Of a stretch of DNA of 64,000 nucleotides, positions 24,139 to 63,467 are shown piece by piece. The DNA comes from Chrysomallon squamiferum (taxonomy: Eukaryota > Animalia > Mollusca), in contig CM022671.1 in the NCBI GenBank assembly GCA_012295275.1, positions 35,216,001-35,280,000 of the forward strand, written 5' to 3'. Both the position numbers and the translations under genes were made by a program. Positions within the stretch are counted from its first letter, which is position 1; every line of letters starts with the position of its first letter. The notes below the pieces were generated by a model, which was not told where the DNA came from, ran no database searches, and worked only from the letters and a program-made list of their open reading frames with translations.

Positions 24139-25754
24139 ACAAGTCCCAATGACGTAAAGCAATATTTGAGGTATGCTGTTTATGTATGTGTCTATAAGGT
24201 ATGCAATATATTATATAATTATACTCGTCAGGATGAAATACGATCATGTTGTTGTTATATCACTGTACACGTTTTGCCCCAGTGATGTTATCGAACACGT
24301 TTGTGAACAATCACTTGTAACAACAGAAGGAAACAGTAAAACTGTGATAATTCATCTGTTATCTTTCTGTTACAGCCCTCAGTTAAAAACATACAAAAGA
24401 CTAAAGATTGTCTGATTAACTGAAATTTTGTAAACCGCTGGTTGAAATCTTTGTTTTAATTTATCGTGTTGACAAGTTAAATTTTATAAATGTTGTTTAT
24501 TTATAACAAAGAAGAACATCTGTATTGTTCAAATGTACATAGAATACGGGTTACTGGTTAGGAACCAGACTGACAAAAAATTGTAGTAAAAGCGATTATT
24601 GTTGTCATATTAGAGTATATGTATGTGTGCATGAATGTGTTTTGATATGTGTGTGTGTATCTGTGTGTATTAAAGGTGTATCTATCTCTGACTCTTGGGT
24701 ATATACATAAACACATATATCATGCATACAAAAAACAATTAACCACAAAGAGAACAGTATATGTTTTAATTATGATGTAAAATTGTTGTTATGATAATAT
24801 AATGGAAAATATATAAGCATAAAAAACTGACAATAAAGTAGTTTTCATTCAATAAAATACGAGTACAATATCTCAAACATAAATTAGAAAATCTGTTTTT
24901 AAAATGAGTAGTAGTAGTAGTTGCATTAGTAGTTACAGTATTACTAGTTATTATAGTAGTCAGTATATTAAAACTGTATATTTTCTTGAACACCTCACAG
25001 TCTTTTATTGTATTAGAAAGAAAAACTGATTCTAATCTCACACACACCTTTCCGATAGACAGGACAACACGTACCACGATACTTGATAACGAACTGTATA
25101 CTATGTCCATTCTTGCACCTGGCGTATTTTCCTCGAAAAGGTAGGTTTGTTATTTTTATTATCTCTGTTCTTGCGACCTACACAAACAAGATTTAATCCC
25201 CGTGACAAAATTATCATTTCTGACCAAATACGTTTTATAGCCGAATCGGACGTATTATCAAACTGCACTTTTATCGCAATCCGTTACTGTGAGAAACCAT
25301 TTTAAAATAAAACAGCTACTAATAGTAAATAACATGTAAATAAGTCACTGGGTTTTTGTGTTTACAACATAAAAGAAAAAAACAAACGACAAGTTTAACA
25401 AATCTAAAAGCTACAGTGTGTTGGTTGCCCTATACCAAAACAGTTCTCACGTACAGTGATGTTAACTACGTGAAACAAAACTATTCTAACGTATGTTTAA
25501 TTACAGTGCTAATAATAAAGGTAAGAAGTGATTCAGTTCTATGATGATGATGATGATAATGATAATAATAATAATAATAATAATAATAATTATAATAATA
25601 ATAATGATAATAATAATAATAATAATAATAATAACCAATAATAATAATAATAATTAATAATAATGATAATAATAATAATAATTAATGATAATAATAATAT
25701 CAAACACAACAGCAGCAACAGTACCAGACTGAAACGAGTCAGTGTGTTATCAAA

Positions 25755-38922
<13,168 letters not shown>

Positions 38923-39064
38923 GACGTCAACCGCAATGTTTCCTGACACAGAGAATGATTTTGTGACGGCTGCAATTTCATATAGACATGCTCCGCACTT
39001 CGTATAATTTCTGGAGCAAGAAAATAAAGATGATGATAATAATAATAATAATAATAATAGTAGC

Positions 39065-39096
<32 letters not shown>

Positions 39097-40420
39097 TAGT
39101 AGTAGTAATAGTAGTAGTAGTTGTAGTAATAGTAAAAAATTTAATTACTTATTATCTTAAAAATGTGATCATCATAAGAAAAAACAGCAACAGCATAATA
39201 ACAATATAATAATGACAATAATATATATTTTGTGGTACCCGAAGCACACATTCTAGTATTTGTTATAGTTGAATGGCCTTTGATGATAATAAAGTAAATA
39301 AATATAGTAACACTATCACTATAGACGCTACAATTAATTACACTAAATTCTTGCGCTCATTTTATATATATATCCTAAATTTATATATATTATTATTTTA
39401 TTATTATTATTATTATTATCATTATAATTATTATTATTATTAGTTGTAGTAGTAGTAGTAGTATTTTATTTATTTATTTATTTATATACTATTTTTGCTG
39501 AGTTGTGAGATTATCATAATATATACCAGACCCAACAAATAATTTCCCGAATTCATATCAAAACAGCAGTTAAGATAATAATATGCGAACATAATGCCTT
39601 ATTTAATCAGTAGCAGTTAAAATTAAAAATATTTTTTTTTATTATTTATTTATTTTATTATTACTTACTTTTTAAAGGAAAAAAAAAAGGGGGGGGTGAA
39701 CACTTTTATATGCGATCTCTGTTTTGTTAGTAAAATGAAACTGATACAAATTTGTTTTTTTCTTCACTTCAATACGTTTAAAAGCGATTTGTGTCATCGA
39801 GAACAGTCGTCTGCTTACAAACTTGGGACGAGTCCATTCTAAATCCAGACAAAACAAAAGAGCAGAGAACAAATAGAGAGACCGCAAAGTGTCATCCAAC
39901 CAGGAAATTTGATATCAACTTATACAAAAATGAATTTTCCCATTTCTTAAGTTAGAAATACTCATAAACAACCCCCAAAACACAAAACAAAAAAAAAAAA
40001 AAAAAAAAAAAAAACAAGTAAAAAAAAGAAAAAAAAAAAAAGACACTGTAAAGCTATATTTTAGCACAAAGGAAGTGATCTATTTTCTTTCAGTTAAGAC
40101 GGAACCCGTGCAAATACATTGTTACTTATTATATACATTTGTAAACATACGCCGATATTTTTCACTAATCCAGGGACAGGTACTGATTTAAATATGGATT
40201 AGGAAAGTAAAATTATTGTGATTTTTGATGGTAGCCTTGAAAATATTTCTGCAAGAAAAGAGTATATTTCTGACAACACCACAAATGAACATACAGGCTA
40301 CATATATCCAGCCCACGATCTATGAAGTGACGTCACGACCAATCCTTCGACAGGGCTAAATGAATATCATCGTTTAATTTCGTGATAATAACAAATAATA
40401 ATAATAATAATAATAATAAT

Positions 40421-40455
<35 letters not shown>

Positions 40456-40867
40456 CCATCATAATAATAATAATAATCACTGTTTAAGAATATGCATTAA
40501 AGTTTTAAAATGTGATTAAATGACAAGACACGACATAAATAGAGCATTCAGTTTAAAATGCATTTAAGTTGTTTTTTTTCCTTTCACGCCAGGTTTTTGC
40601 AGTGTTGAACAGAAGACTGACGCTGTTTACGTCTTTTTATGACTCTATTTATACCAATTTCAAATCTTCGTTTAGGAGTGTTTATTGTGGTGAGCACCTC
40701 ACCTAAACACGTGCATTCAAAACACAACAAAAAGCTATCGTTTCTCTCGGAATATTTTTTTTTTTTTTTTTTTTTTTGCAAATAGTTGCAATATTCAAAC
40801 AACCAGTTGTATCTCGGTTCATATACACTTTTAAGATTTTTTTTCCCCCCAAAGGAAAATTAAAACA

Positions 40868-40899
<32 letters not shown>

Positions 40900-41584
40900 C
40901 TGAAAATATTTGCCTAACGGAATTAAAATATTTCCAAACAGCTAGCTGATTAAAAAAAAAAAAAAAATAAAATAAATAAATAAAAATTAATTGCACCTAC
41001 AACTGATATAATAAGTCATTATCCTCTGTAATGATTGCATAACCGTTTTTCAAACGAAGATGTGTAAATGCATGAATAAATACCCTCCACGGCCAGTCAA
41101 ATTAATTGTTACGCGAGCTGCCATATTTTTGGTAAGGCGTCTTCCGTTTTCTTGTCGAAGAACCTCTTTTCAGCCTCATCAGCATTCAGAACAATGGTGT
41201 CGCTGGTATTTATAGTCGTAGCGCTGAAATCGGAATATTACAGCAATCTTTTCTTCTTCTTTCTGGTTCGACTGTGTTAGAAGTGTATATTCTGTGTAAC
41301 AAACTGTTTGTCCTCTGCGTTGAAGTTTGGTGGATGCAGAATGTTTCTGCGTCAGACTTTGAGACAGAAGAACCGCTGTGCCACTGTTACTTGTATTACT
41401 GGCCACAGTCGTTCTCTTTGCGTCCCATGATAACGTAGATTATTTCCAAATTTACCAACAGACGACAGATTTGTCTAAATCTTTAATCAGCACACAGTTT
41501 CAGCATTATCATAAATTCCCAGTATTCTTGTACATCGCTAAATAGCCTGTTTCGTTTCAAATTTCCTTTTGTCTGTTCTGACAG

Positions 41585-41773
41585 CCGCCATCTTTTCACG
41601 ATCCGCCATCTTTCTCACGATTCGCCATCTTTCTCACGATCCGCCATCTTTCTGACAGCCACCATCTTTCTCACGATCCGCCATCTTTCTCACGATTCGC
41701 CATCTTTCTCAGATCCGCCATCTTTCTCACGATCCGCCATCTTTGTGACACGCCATCTTTCTCACGATTCGCC
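41585..41773. repeat. ~19-bp tandem repeat, 10 copies, each carrying a YY1-like (C)GCCATCTT core
   Basis: Consensus CCGCCATCTTTCTCACGAT; 6 copies have exact CCGCCATCTT. Confidence 0.85.
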
Positions 41774-43252
41774 CAAGTCTGACGAGTTAGTCTACCCAGG
41801 CTTGAGTTTAAAATTACGACCAGTTTATATCGGACATTTGTCCCTATTAACACAAACAGATTCATTTTATCTTATGTAAGTAGCTAGTTCGTGTTCATGC
41901 ATAGTATTATGGTCACAGATTCTTATGTAAACCGGTGCGAGCCTTTTGAACACTACAGCTGACTGCAATCCGAGCGAAACAAGTTAAAAGTAATCATATT
42001 TATTTCAGTACTCGTTTTCTGTTTTTTTTTTCTTCAAATCCCACATTCCTTTCTTGGTTTGTTTAATTTTCAAGTTTATCATTTTAATGATTATCTGTAT
42101 TTGCAATAACACAACAACAAAACAACTGCTATACTACTAAACTACTATACTACTACTACTACTACTCCGTCTTCTACTACTGCTGCTACTATTACTGCTA
42201 TTACCACTACTACTACAATTTCTATTAATATTACTACCACTACGTCTACTACAACTAAAACCACAACAGTAACCGACATCTACAAAACCTGTAAACACAG
42301 CAACTACTGTAGCTATTTGTATGAAGATTAGACTTTTGACTCTGCATAGAGAAGATTAAAATGAAATATAATGTGTTTGAAATCCTTTCTGACATACCTA
42401 AATACATGGACTCGGCCATGAGCCCACTTTGTACTGTCATAATGTCAGATATCCGTGGATATTTATTAAGCAGGCCGTGAGACAAAGTAAAAAACGTCTA
42501 ATGTCAGGTTAAATGAAAATCAGGTCGAGTAAGGGACACATTCAGGATTTCTTCTCCGGACGATTTCGGTCGCCATTATCGTATGTATTTATCTTCAACC
42601 AGTGTTTGACAACTTTTATTTTTTTTTAGTTTTGTGAAATATATATTTTTTAAAATGGTTTAATTTTAGCTGGATATAATTAATGTTAAATTGCGTATTA
42701 TTTTTATTTATTTATTTGTTTGTTTGTTTGTTTGTTTGTTTGTTTATTTATTTACTCTGAAATCGACCAAGATTTTTCTTGTTTTGTTGTTCTTGTGTGT
42801 ATATATAAAAACTGTTACATATACAAAATATACAGGAATAAAATTAAAGTGAAATTCAGAATGAGAGTATACATGGTTCAACGTATTTAACGCATATAAT
42901 TATATATGTTGCCATATAACTACAGAACGTATATCATACTGTATAACATAAACATAGAATTGCATATGTCTGTGTGTATTTAAATACGTATCTTTATGCA
43001 TGCATATTTATTTGAAATACTATTATTGTATAAAAACATCTGTTAACGCATTCGTTAATAATAAAAACATTTTATACACATTAATAATATTCAATATTAC
43101 TTTTTTTTTTTTTTTTTTACAAATGATCTACATTGTCAACGAGGTTTTAAGAGCGACAACGACGACAACAGTGGCAGCAGCGTTAGTTAGGTTGTGTAGA
43201 AACAGTCCCAACGTAAACGAGAATGAAAAATGAAAAATGAAAAATGACTTAC

Positions 43253-43430
43253 CTTTGCAGTGACCTGCTTATGTGCTAGCTCTACAGAGATCTGACAAAA
43301 TCAGCTCTCCACGTACAGAGTCACCGAGGCGTGTCCTCACCGATGCATACGTTTTCGCTAATGCATCATACCTGCCCCAGCTTTACGGCACATTTTTCTC
43401 TGTTACGTCAAGCACGCGAAACTGAAAAGC
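43253..43430 (-). other. Candidate non-coding 5' exon of paralog B (start approximate)
   Basis: Consensus donor AAG|GTAAGT at 43253/43252 at the end of a CpG-richer unique island upstream of the first coding exon. Confidence 0.3.
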
Positions 43431-43669
43431 TTTTACGCACACACGGAACGAAAAGGTGTCTATTATTTTATTGATCTTTGATGTGGTTTTTATTTTTATT
43501 TTATTTTTTTTTTTTTTTTTTTTTTTTTTAAATGTTTGTAGAGGTTAAGAATGCTCCGAGCAGTTTAAAATTCGGTTATTACAATTATCGTGACGGTTAT
43601 TCGGAGCAGAGCTAGGTTGTCATATATTATGTCAACTACAGAGATCGTTTACACTGTTTTTGGAGAAAC

Positions 43670-43771
<102 letters not shown>

Positions 43772-44674
43772 TGAAATACAGGGCAGAAAGAAACAGATAA
43801 AAAAAGAAGACAGAAATTAAAACAATAACTAAAAAATAATAAAGTAAAGAAAAAGGAGGAAAGCTAGAAATGACTGAAACCTCGTTTTTGACAGATAAAA
43901 TGAAAGATTTCAGATATTTTGTAACAGTAACAGTTTATTACTTTGGTTTGTTATTAACGATGACAGGTCGTTCGGACCTAACAGAACAACAGCCACTAAG
44001 TACAGGCAGTTTGTTCACACCGTTCATTGTGAAGGTTGGGAGTGTTTTTTTAACTCGTTTCTTTGATATTATAATGTTGTAAAAATCTGTATTCTTTACG
44101 TAACAAAACGCGTCTTTTATACTCAGCAATCAATGTGTTTGGCTTTTTTATAATCATGTTTTTTTTCCTCGAGTGTCAAAAATCTGGGTTGCCAAGCTGT
44201 GATGTTGCAGATTTACAACTAGTGTAAGTGTGTGTTTTTAAGAACCAGTGTTTGAACAGGTGTCTGATATACAGAAACTGATACGATTTCGATTAGTGTA
44301 CAAGAAATTGGCACACTTTGAAATATTCCAGTTATCTGAACAATCCTCCTTTTATTTAGAACAGACAATAACTATTAATAACCACAACCACAACAACAAC
44401 AACTGTAACAACAATAACAATAACAACAACAACAACATCATCAACAACAACAACAACAATAACAACAACAGCAACGACAACAGTAACAACAACAACAATA
44501 ATAATAATAATATCTGATAGTCGATATGAAACTAATATAAATCATCTGATGCTTAAACAAACAGGACATCTGATAGTCGATGTTAAAACTAATAAAGGAC
44601 ATTTCATAGTCAGTATCATAATTTATAATTTGATTAATATTATTTTTATTTTTATTTTTATTTTACTGCGCGTG

Positions 44675-44705
<31 letters not shown>

Positions 44706-46727
44706 AAAAATAAAAAAGATCCCAGCGGATAACCTTGAACCTTTTGTGAAAAATCTAGACCTCTGGAAAGGCCTGACAAAACGAATAACGCAGCTTGAAA
44801 CACGCTTATTTGTGTAAGTCGTGAAACTCCACAGATCAGTTATTCAGTCTGGTGGCACACATTGGAGATGATATTCAGATTATGCTAATGGTTTGTGGGT
44901 ATATATGTGTTTGTCCCGGGCTCGAAATGCCATCTTTATAACCTTGAGTGTTTATACACGCGAACGGGACTCGCACATTTTCTTTGGGGGACGTCACCAG
45001 ATGGTTTCATTACACCGTTACACTGAATGGTGTTTCTTTATTTATAGGGAACGTCACGAACAGCCTCGGATGAATTTCAGTGAAGCTGTTTGTGCAGCTA
45101 TTTTTAAAGTTAAATTGGGTGTTCTGATTCAGTTTCTGCTGCCGATGTCTTACTACCTGTGAAATCGGGTTAAAGCTCCGCCATCTTGAATCCTCGATCT
45201 GGTTCGGTGCTTTCACGTCTCTTCATAATGACGTGATAGGTAGCAAAGCTAATCTCTCGATGTTTCCTCTGTGTTATTTCCCGTTCCAGACATAATTAAA
45301 AATGCAGTACTAGATGACAACGCGTGTAAAGATGCACAGTGACACTTCGACGTGTCAGCATCCTTCATGATGATCTCGTACTGCAACTACTTGAACGACT
45401 TCTGAAGATGATGTTGTAATCGGTGTGTTTGTGTTCATCTACGACGCGGCTGCAAACAAGATAACACGACGGAGTGCTCATCCGTCGCCGTATCACTGCA
45501 ACTACTTCAACAGCCTGAGATGTAGTTTGAACTACTTTTAGATTTATCAGTTACCTTTGCTCTCATGTTTTGTTATTTTTTATTTGTTTGTTTGTCGTTT
45601 TTTTTTTTTTTTTTTATTATTAGTAGCATTTTTATTTATTTATTTATTTATTTTGGTGGGTTTTATTTGTTTGTTCAGCCTCTGATTTTGACAAAGTTTT
45701 GAGTTTCTAAAACTGGTTTAATTACCTTGAACTATGTAGGTCAGCTTGTTCACTCAGCTACTGGTTTGTGTATCAGTGTCTTTATGTCAACTGAAACTTA
45801 CACTGTGCTTTATAATCCAGTTAACAAAAGCAGTTAGAGGTTGTTTATTGATTTATATATTTGTTTTATTTTGTTTTGTTTTGTTTTAATTTATTTAATT
45901 TTGTTTATTTTATTTTATTTTAATTTATTTTGTTTTGGTTTGTTTTGTTTTGTTTATTTATTTATTAATTTATTAATTTTTTTTTTTTTTTTTATTTTTT
46001 ATTTTTTATTTTATTTGGTTTTGTTTTGTCTTATGTTATCTTATTTTTTTATTATTACTATTTTTTATTTTTATTTTTTTCAAATTTTATTTTCCTAATT
46101 AAATATCTAATTACTCATCTATTAATACTAGTTATCGCTGTACAAAAACTATAACCTGTTATTAAATCTCTTCACACTTTGACTAACACCTTTCTGTGAT
46201 TATATCGTGACAAAGACAAACGGCTCTGTGGAAGTTAGAGCTCCGCCCAGGACAGGCGTGCTAGGACAATTCTGTGATGAATAGACATTAAACGTTTACC
46301 CAAAACACGATTTAAAATGAACATTAATGAATATATTTGAACTGTTCGAGGCATTCATCAAAAATAGTTCTTTTAATAGGCTTTAAAAAAACAATTTAAA
46401 AAAATTTAAAAAAATGTTTCTTATCGCTGCCTGAACTACTTTTGGGAATGGACCCATATTTTATACTATAATGTTATTGGTACATAAACAAAATTATCAA
46501 TTAAATTTTAGATGTTTACATTACGTTCTACCCCCAAAAACAAAATGACAAAAAGAGCGAAAATAAATAAATAAATAAATAAATGAATAAATAATCAAAT
46601 AAGTAAATAATGATAACAACAACAGCTTTATCATCAACAACAATAATATTATTAATAATAAATAAACTAAAGACTTTTTCTTACAAAAATGTGGTTTAAT
46701 ACGCCAGTGCAAGAAGTATAAAAATAA

Positions 46728-46773
<46 letters not shown>

Positions 46774-47049
46774 TGTTAAATATTATCTTCACACGCATAT
46801 ACATAAAACTAAATAATATTACATACATGTATAAATAAAATAACATTTAATTTCGTAAAAAAATATTTTGTTGTTATCAAAAATATTTTTTTTTAATAAC
46901 TAATTTAACTAATATTTTAATTATTTAATTAATCAAGTTTTAACCCATTTTAGTATTTTTTTTCTTTTGTCTTTATTTTCAAATTTCAATTATTTTTCCC
47001 CTGATGATTACTTCACAGTTTTACTTCCTCTTCATTCATTTATCCACGC

Positions 47050-47136
<87 letters not shown>

Positions 47137-47441
47137 CGTTCTTCCACTTTCGTTTCTAAATTTTGCCAATTTTTTTTATCGTTCTTAATTACATTTAATA
47201 TAATTTTATCCATTCATTAAACAGGAAATTATCTTATTTAAAAGAAATAAAAATCCATTTCCCCAGGAACAATCTTCACATTGCTATAAGGTATTTCTGC
47301 ATGTGAACATGCACAACGTTAAAATCCCTGAAAAAAATATGGACAACAATAAAACACAGAGGTAATCTCCACTGTTTTGTACGTAAGGGCAGCCTGCGTG
47401 GTATAAAACAACAAAACTCTTCTTCTGTAATTTCACACAGT

Positions 47442-59212
<11,771 letters not shown>

Positions 59213-59505
59213 GTCTGTTGTGATTGTTGACGACGTTACAAACTAGCTATGTTGGAGTGCTATGAAATGACAGTAAACATTAAATTCAGTTTAAAATATC
59301 CAGGTAATAATGAGACGGATAATTTAAATAAAAACACGTGTGTATGAATACAGAATTAAATAATTGCTTGTTGCAGATAAATACCTTTTTTTTTTTATCA
59401 TTAGATTACAGAACTCGTTACATCGTATGCAAATCTAAGGGGGCTTTACCATATGGATTCCATTTTTTTTTTTTTTTTTACTCGACTAGAATTTCATTTA
59501 TTCAT

Positions 59506-59556
<51 letters not shown>

Positions 59557-59991
59557 TTTTCATATTTAATTATTTATCTACTTATTTATTTACTTATTTA
59601 TCTGTTTAGTTAGTTTCATATTTATTTTACATTATTTCATTTTTTAATATATACCGAAACCAATACTATCTGCAGAAGAAAAAAAAAAATAAAAAAGTTT
59701 GACAACAATGGCGGCTCTCCATACCAGCCCTTTCCTGAAATTACGAATACGCCCCTATAGCTGGTCGTTGACCTTCAGTGAGTATTTAGTTCACAACCCG
59801 ATATATAAATGTACACAGTCTTCTCTCTGATTATGACAGGGTAAACAGATATAATACGTAAATACAATCTTTACCTTCTGACCGCATCATTGATTTCTTG
59901 AAAATGTATTTCATAGAATGAATTCGATCAAAACAGCTGCTTTAAATTATATATGTATGTATGTGTTCGTGAGATACAAATTAACACAGAT

Positions 59992-60260
<269 letters not shown>

Positions 60261-61321
60261 TGTGGTTTGCGTGTGTGTGAGAGAGAGAGAGTGAATGAGT
60301 GAGGGACAGAGAGAGAGAAGAGAGAGAGAGAGAAAAAAGAGAGTGTGAGACAAAGAAAGAGAGAGAGAGAGAGAGACAACAAAACTGTTATAAAATATTT
60401 TTTACAATTAACGATTACTGAAAAAGATTAAGATAGATTATTACACTTTTAAATAAAAACACAAAACAGATATAAAATGTCGGAGACAGAAAAATAGGGT
60501 AATCTGGCTAAGACGAAGTCTTGAACTTAACATAAAGGACAGAAAGTTGACGTTTCGAAAAAAAAAATAATGTCGTCTCTTGTAAATATGAAAAATGTTT
60601 TTGCTAAAATTCGAAGAACATATTTATTATACAGACATATTTATATTTTTCATTTATTATCTATTAAAATAATTATTTCATTTTAAATATATATAAAGAA
60701 ACAAATATAAATACATAAATTAATAAATAATAGAAAAATAGTAATTAACAGATTAATGAAGATGATCAGTCAGATCGTTTCTGCAATACCAGTCAATATC
60801 CCGGTATTTTTAATTAAAGTCTAATAATTATTTTTGTTTTACACTTTTTCAAAGTTGAAATAAATGAAACAATATATGAAATAAAAATATTTGATTAAGT
60901 GAAATTTAAAATAATTTCTCTTGTCGAATACCTTCAGATATTAAAGGGACATTTTCGTGATGGTGGCCATAAAAATGATAACACCGCTTGATGATTTGTC
61001 ACTACTAAGTAATACGTGGGAGAATCACGTTATTTTCTACCTGTAATCATGAAACAGCGAAACACTGTGATTAGATAAGCATTTCGGTGTCGCTGTTTTG
61101 TTTTCGTATCGGAGCAGGTTGATGTATTTTAATTGGGTTAGATCACAATGAAGGCAAAAATAGCTGAGTGTGTGTTTGTAAAATTTTCATGCTGAATATT
61201 ATCAACTTTTTTTGGTAGTGTTTGGTTCAGTCTGTCTTTCTTTCCCTCTGTTCTACCAGTCTGCATCTCTGTCTGTCTCCCTACCGGTTTCTTTGAGTGT
61301 GTGTGTGTTATATATATAGAT

Positions 61322-61372
<51 letters not shown>

Positions 61373-61598
61373 TGCATGTATGTCTGTATATATCTATCTA
61401 TCTATATATATGTCTGTTTTTATCTGTCTATTTGTCTCTCTGTATCTATCTGTCCATCTATCTACATATCTCTCTGTCTGTCTGTCTAAGTGTCAGTGTG
61501 ATGTATGTCTGTCTCAATCTATCTGTATTTATTTATCTATTATATCTGTTCTATTTTTATTATCTGTATGTCTTTCTGCATGTTTTTCTGTCAGTCTC

Positions 61599-61641
<43 letters not shown>

Positions 61642-61753
61642 GTCTGTCTGTCTGTCTGTTTACCTATCTACATCATTCAAGTCTATCTTATTCAACTATT
61701 TCTTTAATTACTTATTTTTATTTTGTCTCACTTTTCCACTTTTTCTCTTCTCT

Positions 61754-61785
<32 letters not shown>

Positions 61786-62161
61786 CCTTTTTAAAGTTGT
61801 TTTTTTTTTTTTTTTTGGTTCAGTTTATTCATCTTTTGTTTGATTTTTTTGAGTAAATCAAATAGAGAACTTAATAACACTTAGTTAAAACTATATTTTT
61901 TTCTTCATTGTTGGTTCATTATTTATTATTTTTATAATTATTTTAATTTTAATTTTAATTTAATTTATTTTATTTTATTTCTAAATAAATTTATGTTCCA
62001 TGATTACAAAGTATAATAAACAACAAAATACTAGTAAATACGTAATATATTTACTTTCACACGTTGTTATTTTTCTAGTTACTCTATTTCATATATACAG
62101 AGAAATAAAACTAACTGATTTTTGTTTTTAAAGTGCTTGTATGCTAATTACAACGACTCAC

Positions 62162-62250
62162 CTGCAAGCTCTGAACGGGCACAGTCCACTGTGGTCGTTC
62201 ACAAATCCCACGTCTAAATAAATCGAACGATGTCGTTTTCTCCCTCACAA
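62162..62250 (-). other. Candidate non-coding first exon of paralog C (start approximate)
   Basis: Consensus donor CAG|GTGAGT at 62162/62161, just downstream (minus orientation) of a CpG-rich motif cluster at 62430-62600. Confidence 0.35.
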
Positions 62251-62475
62251 GTCAACTTGCTAATACAAAAAACAAACTCATTAACCCGTCTACTACCGTG
62301 TAAAACAACAGAACACACTGCATAAACCCAGACGTTTTTATTATCGTATATTCAATATTCATAATTTTCGTAGTTATTTTTTTTTTATGGTTTTTTTTTT
62401 TTTTTTTTTTGAATTTGAAGGTCAATGCGAGCGCAGACGACACCAGATGAAAAAAGCGGGAAGTGAAGAAACTGG

Positions 62476-62561
62476 CACGTGCGTGATGGTTCTCGGATTT
62501 GAACTGACAGAGTACACGGCACGTACGTGTCCGTACGTTTGTTGTACGTGGTGTTTGCGTG
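62476..62561. promoter_or_regulatory. Cluster of six RCGTG (HIF/ARNT/AHR-type) cores in a CpG-rich promoter-like island
   Basis: CACGTG 62476, GCGTG 62481, GCACGTA 62519 (TACGTGC on minus), TACGTG 62524, TACGTG 62545, TTGCGTG 62555. Confidence 0.4.
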
Positions 62562-62803
62562 TGCTGCAGGCCAAACACGGAAACTGAACGAAGACGTAGT
62601 TTTACAAACAGTTATGTTCTGAAGTTAACGGTATCTGATAGTTTAAGTGTGTAATATACCTACTATGACCCAGCTCTGTTTCTGTTATTTTAAATAAACA
62701 TCACCATACACACAAACACATATATGTAATCCTAAATACAGCTATTCACACAGATTTAGTCATATATATATATATATATGTATGTGTATATATATATATA
62801 TAT

Positions 62804-62842
<39 letters not shown>

Positions 62843-63426
62843 TAGATATAGATATAGATATATAGGCACACAGGCCTACACAGATACATTCACATACACA
62901 TAAGTAAAGTACCTACTTACATATATACCCATCGATATAGATAGGTATTATAACAGTGAAAAACTTTCATATTCTCTGTTATTATTTTCTAATTTTGCTT
63001 TTGAGCTAATTCTGGGGAATGTAGCTAAGGAGCAAGGTACTGGTTGACCTAGACAATAACAAAGTCAGGCTGAAATGACTTTTCAATGGGAACTGATTTT
63101 GTTGTATTTCTACTCAGCCTTTTTATTAAACTATTTTAAAACGGTTACGGAACCATCTAAGTGGATATGTCTTTGTTATATGTTTAATTGCTGTTATTTC
63201 TTTGTGCCGTAATAATGTATCTAGCTTCTGGCAAGTTTATCTTGCTCTTAGTTGTCCCGTTGGCAGGTTTTGACCAGTTTTTATTTAAATTTATTATTTA
63301 TTACTTAATATGCTAAATATTGGTACATAGACATAAATAAAAGTACACGCATACATACTTACACATGTACATAAATTATAGATTCACACTCATGCTCAGA
63401 TACATACATGTAATAATAAAGTACAT

Positions 63427-63467
<41 letters not shown>

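Noticed and set aside
41110-41410. Possible extra coding exon(s) upstream of paralog B
   Set aside because: Open stretches exist but have no SLC13 similarity and no clearly frame-compatible splice path; could be UTR or intergenic.
45368-45406. C/D-box-like ATGATGA...CTGA
   Set aside because: Too short (~40 nt), with no terminal stem or recognisable guide and no host intron established.
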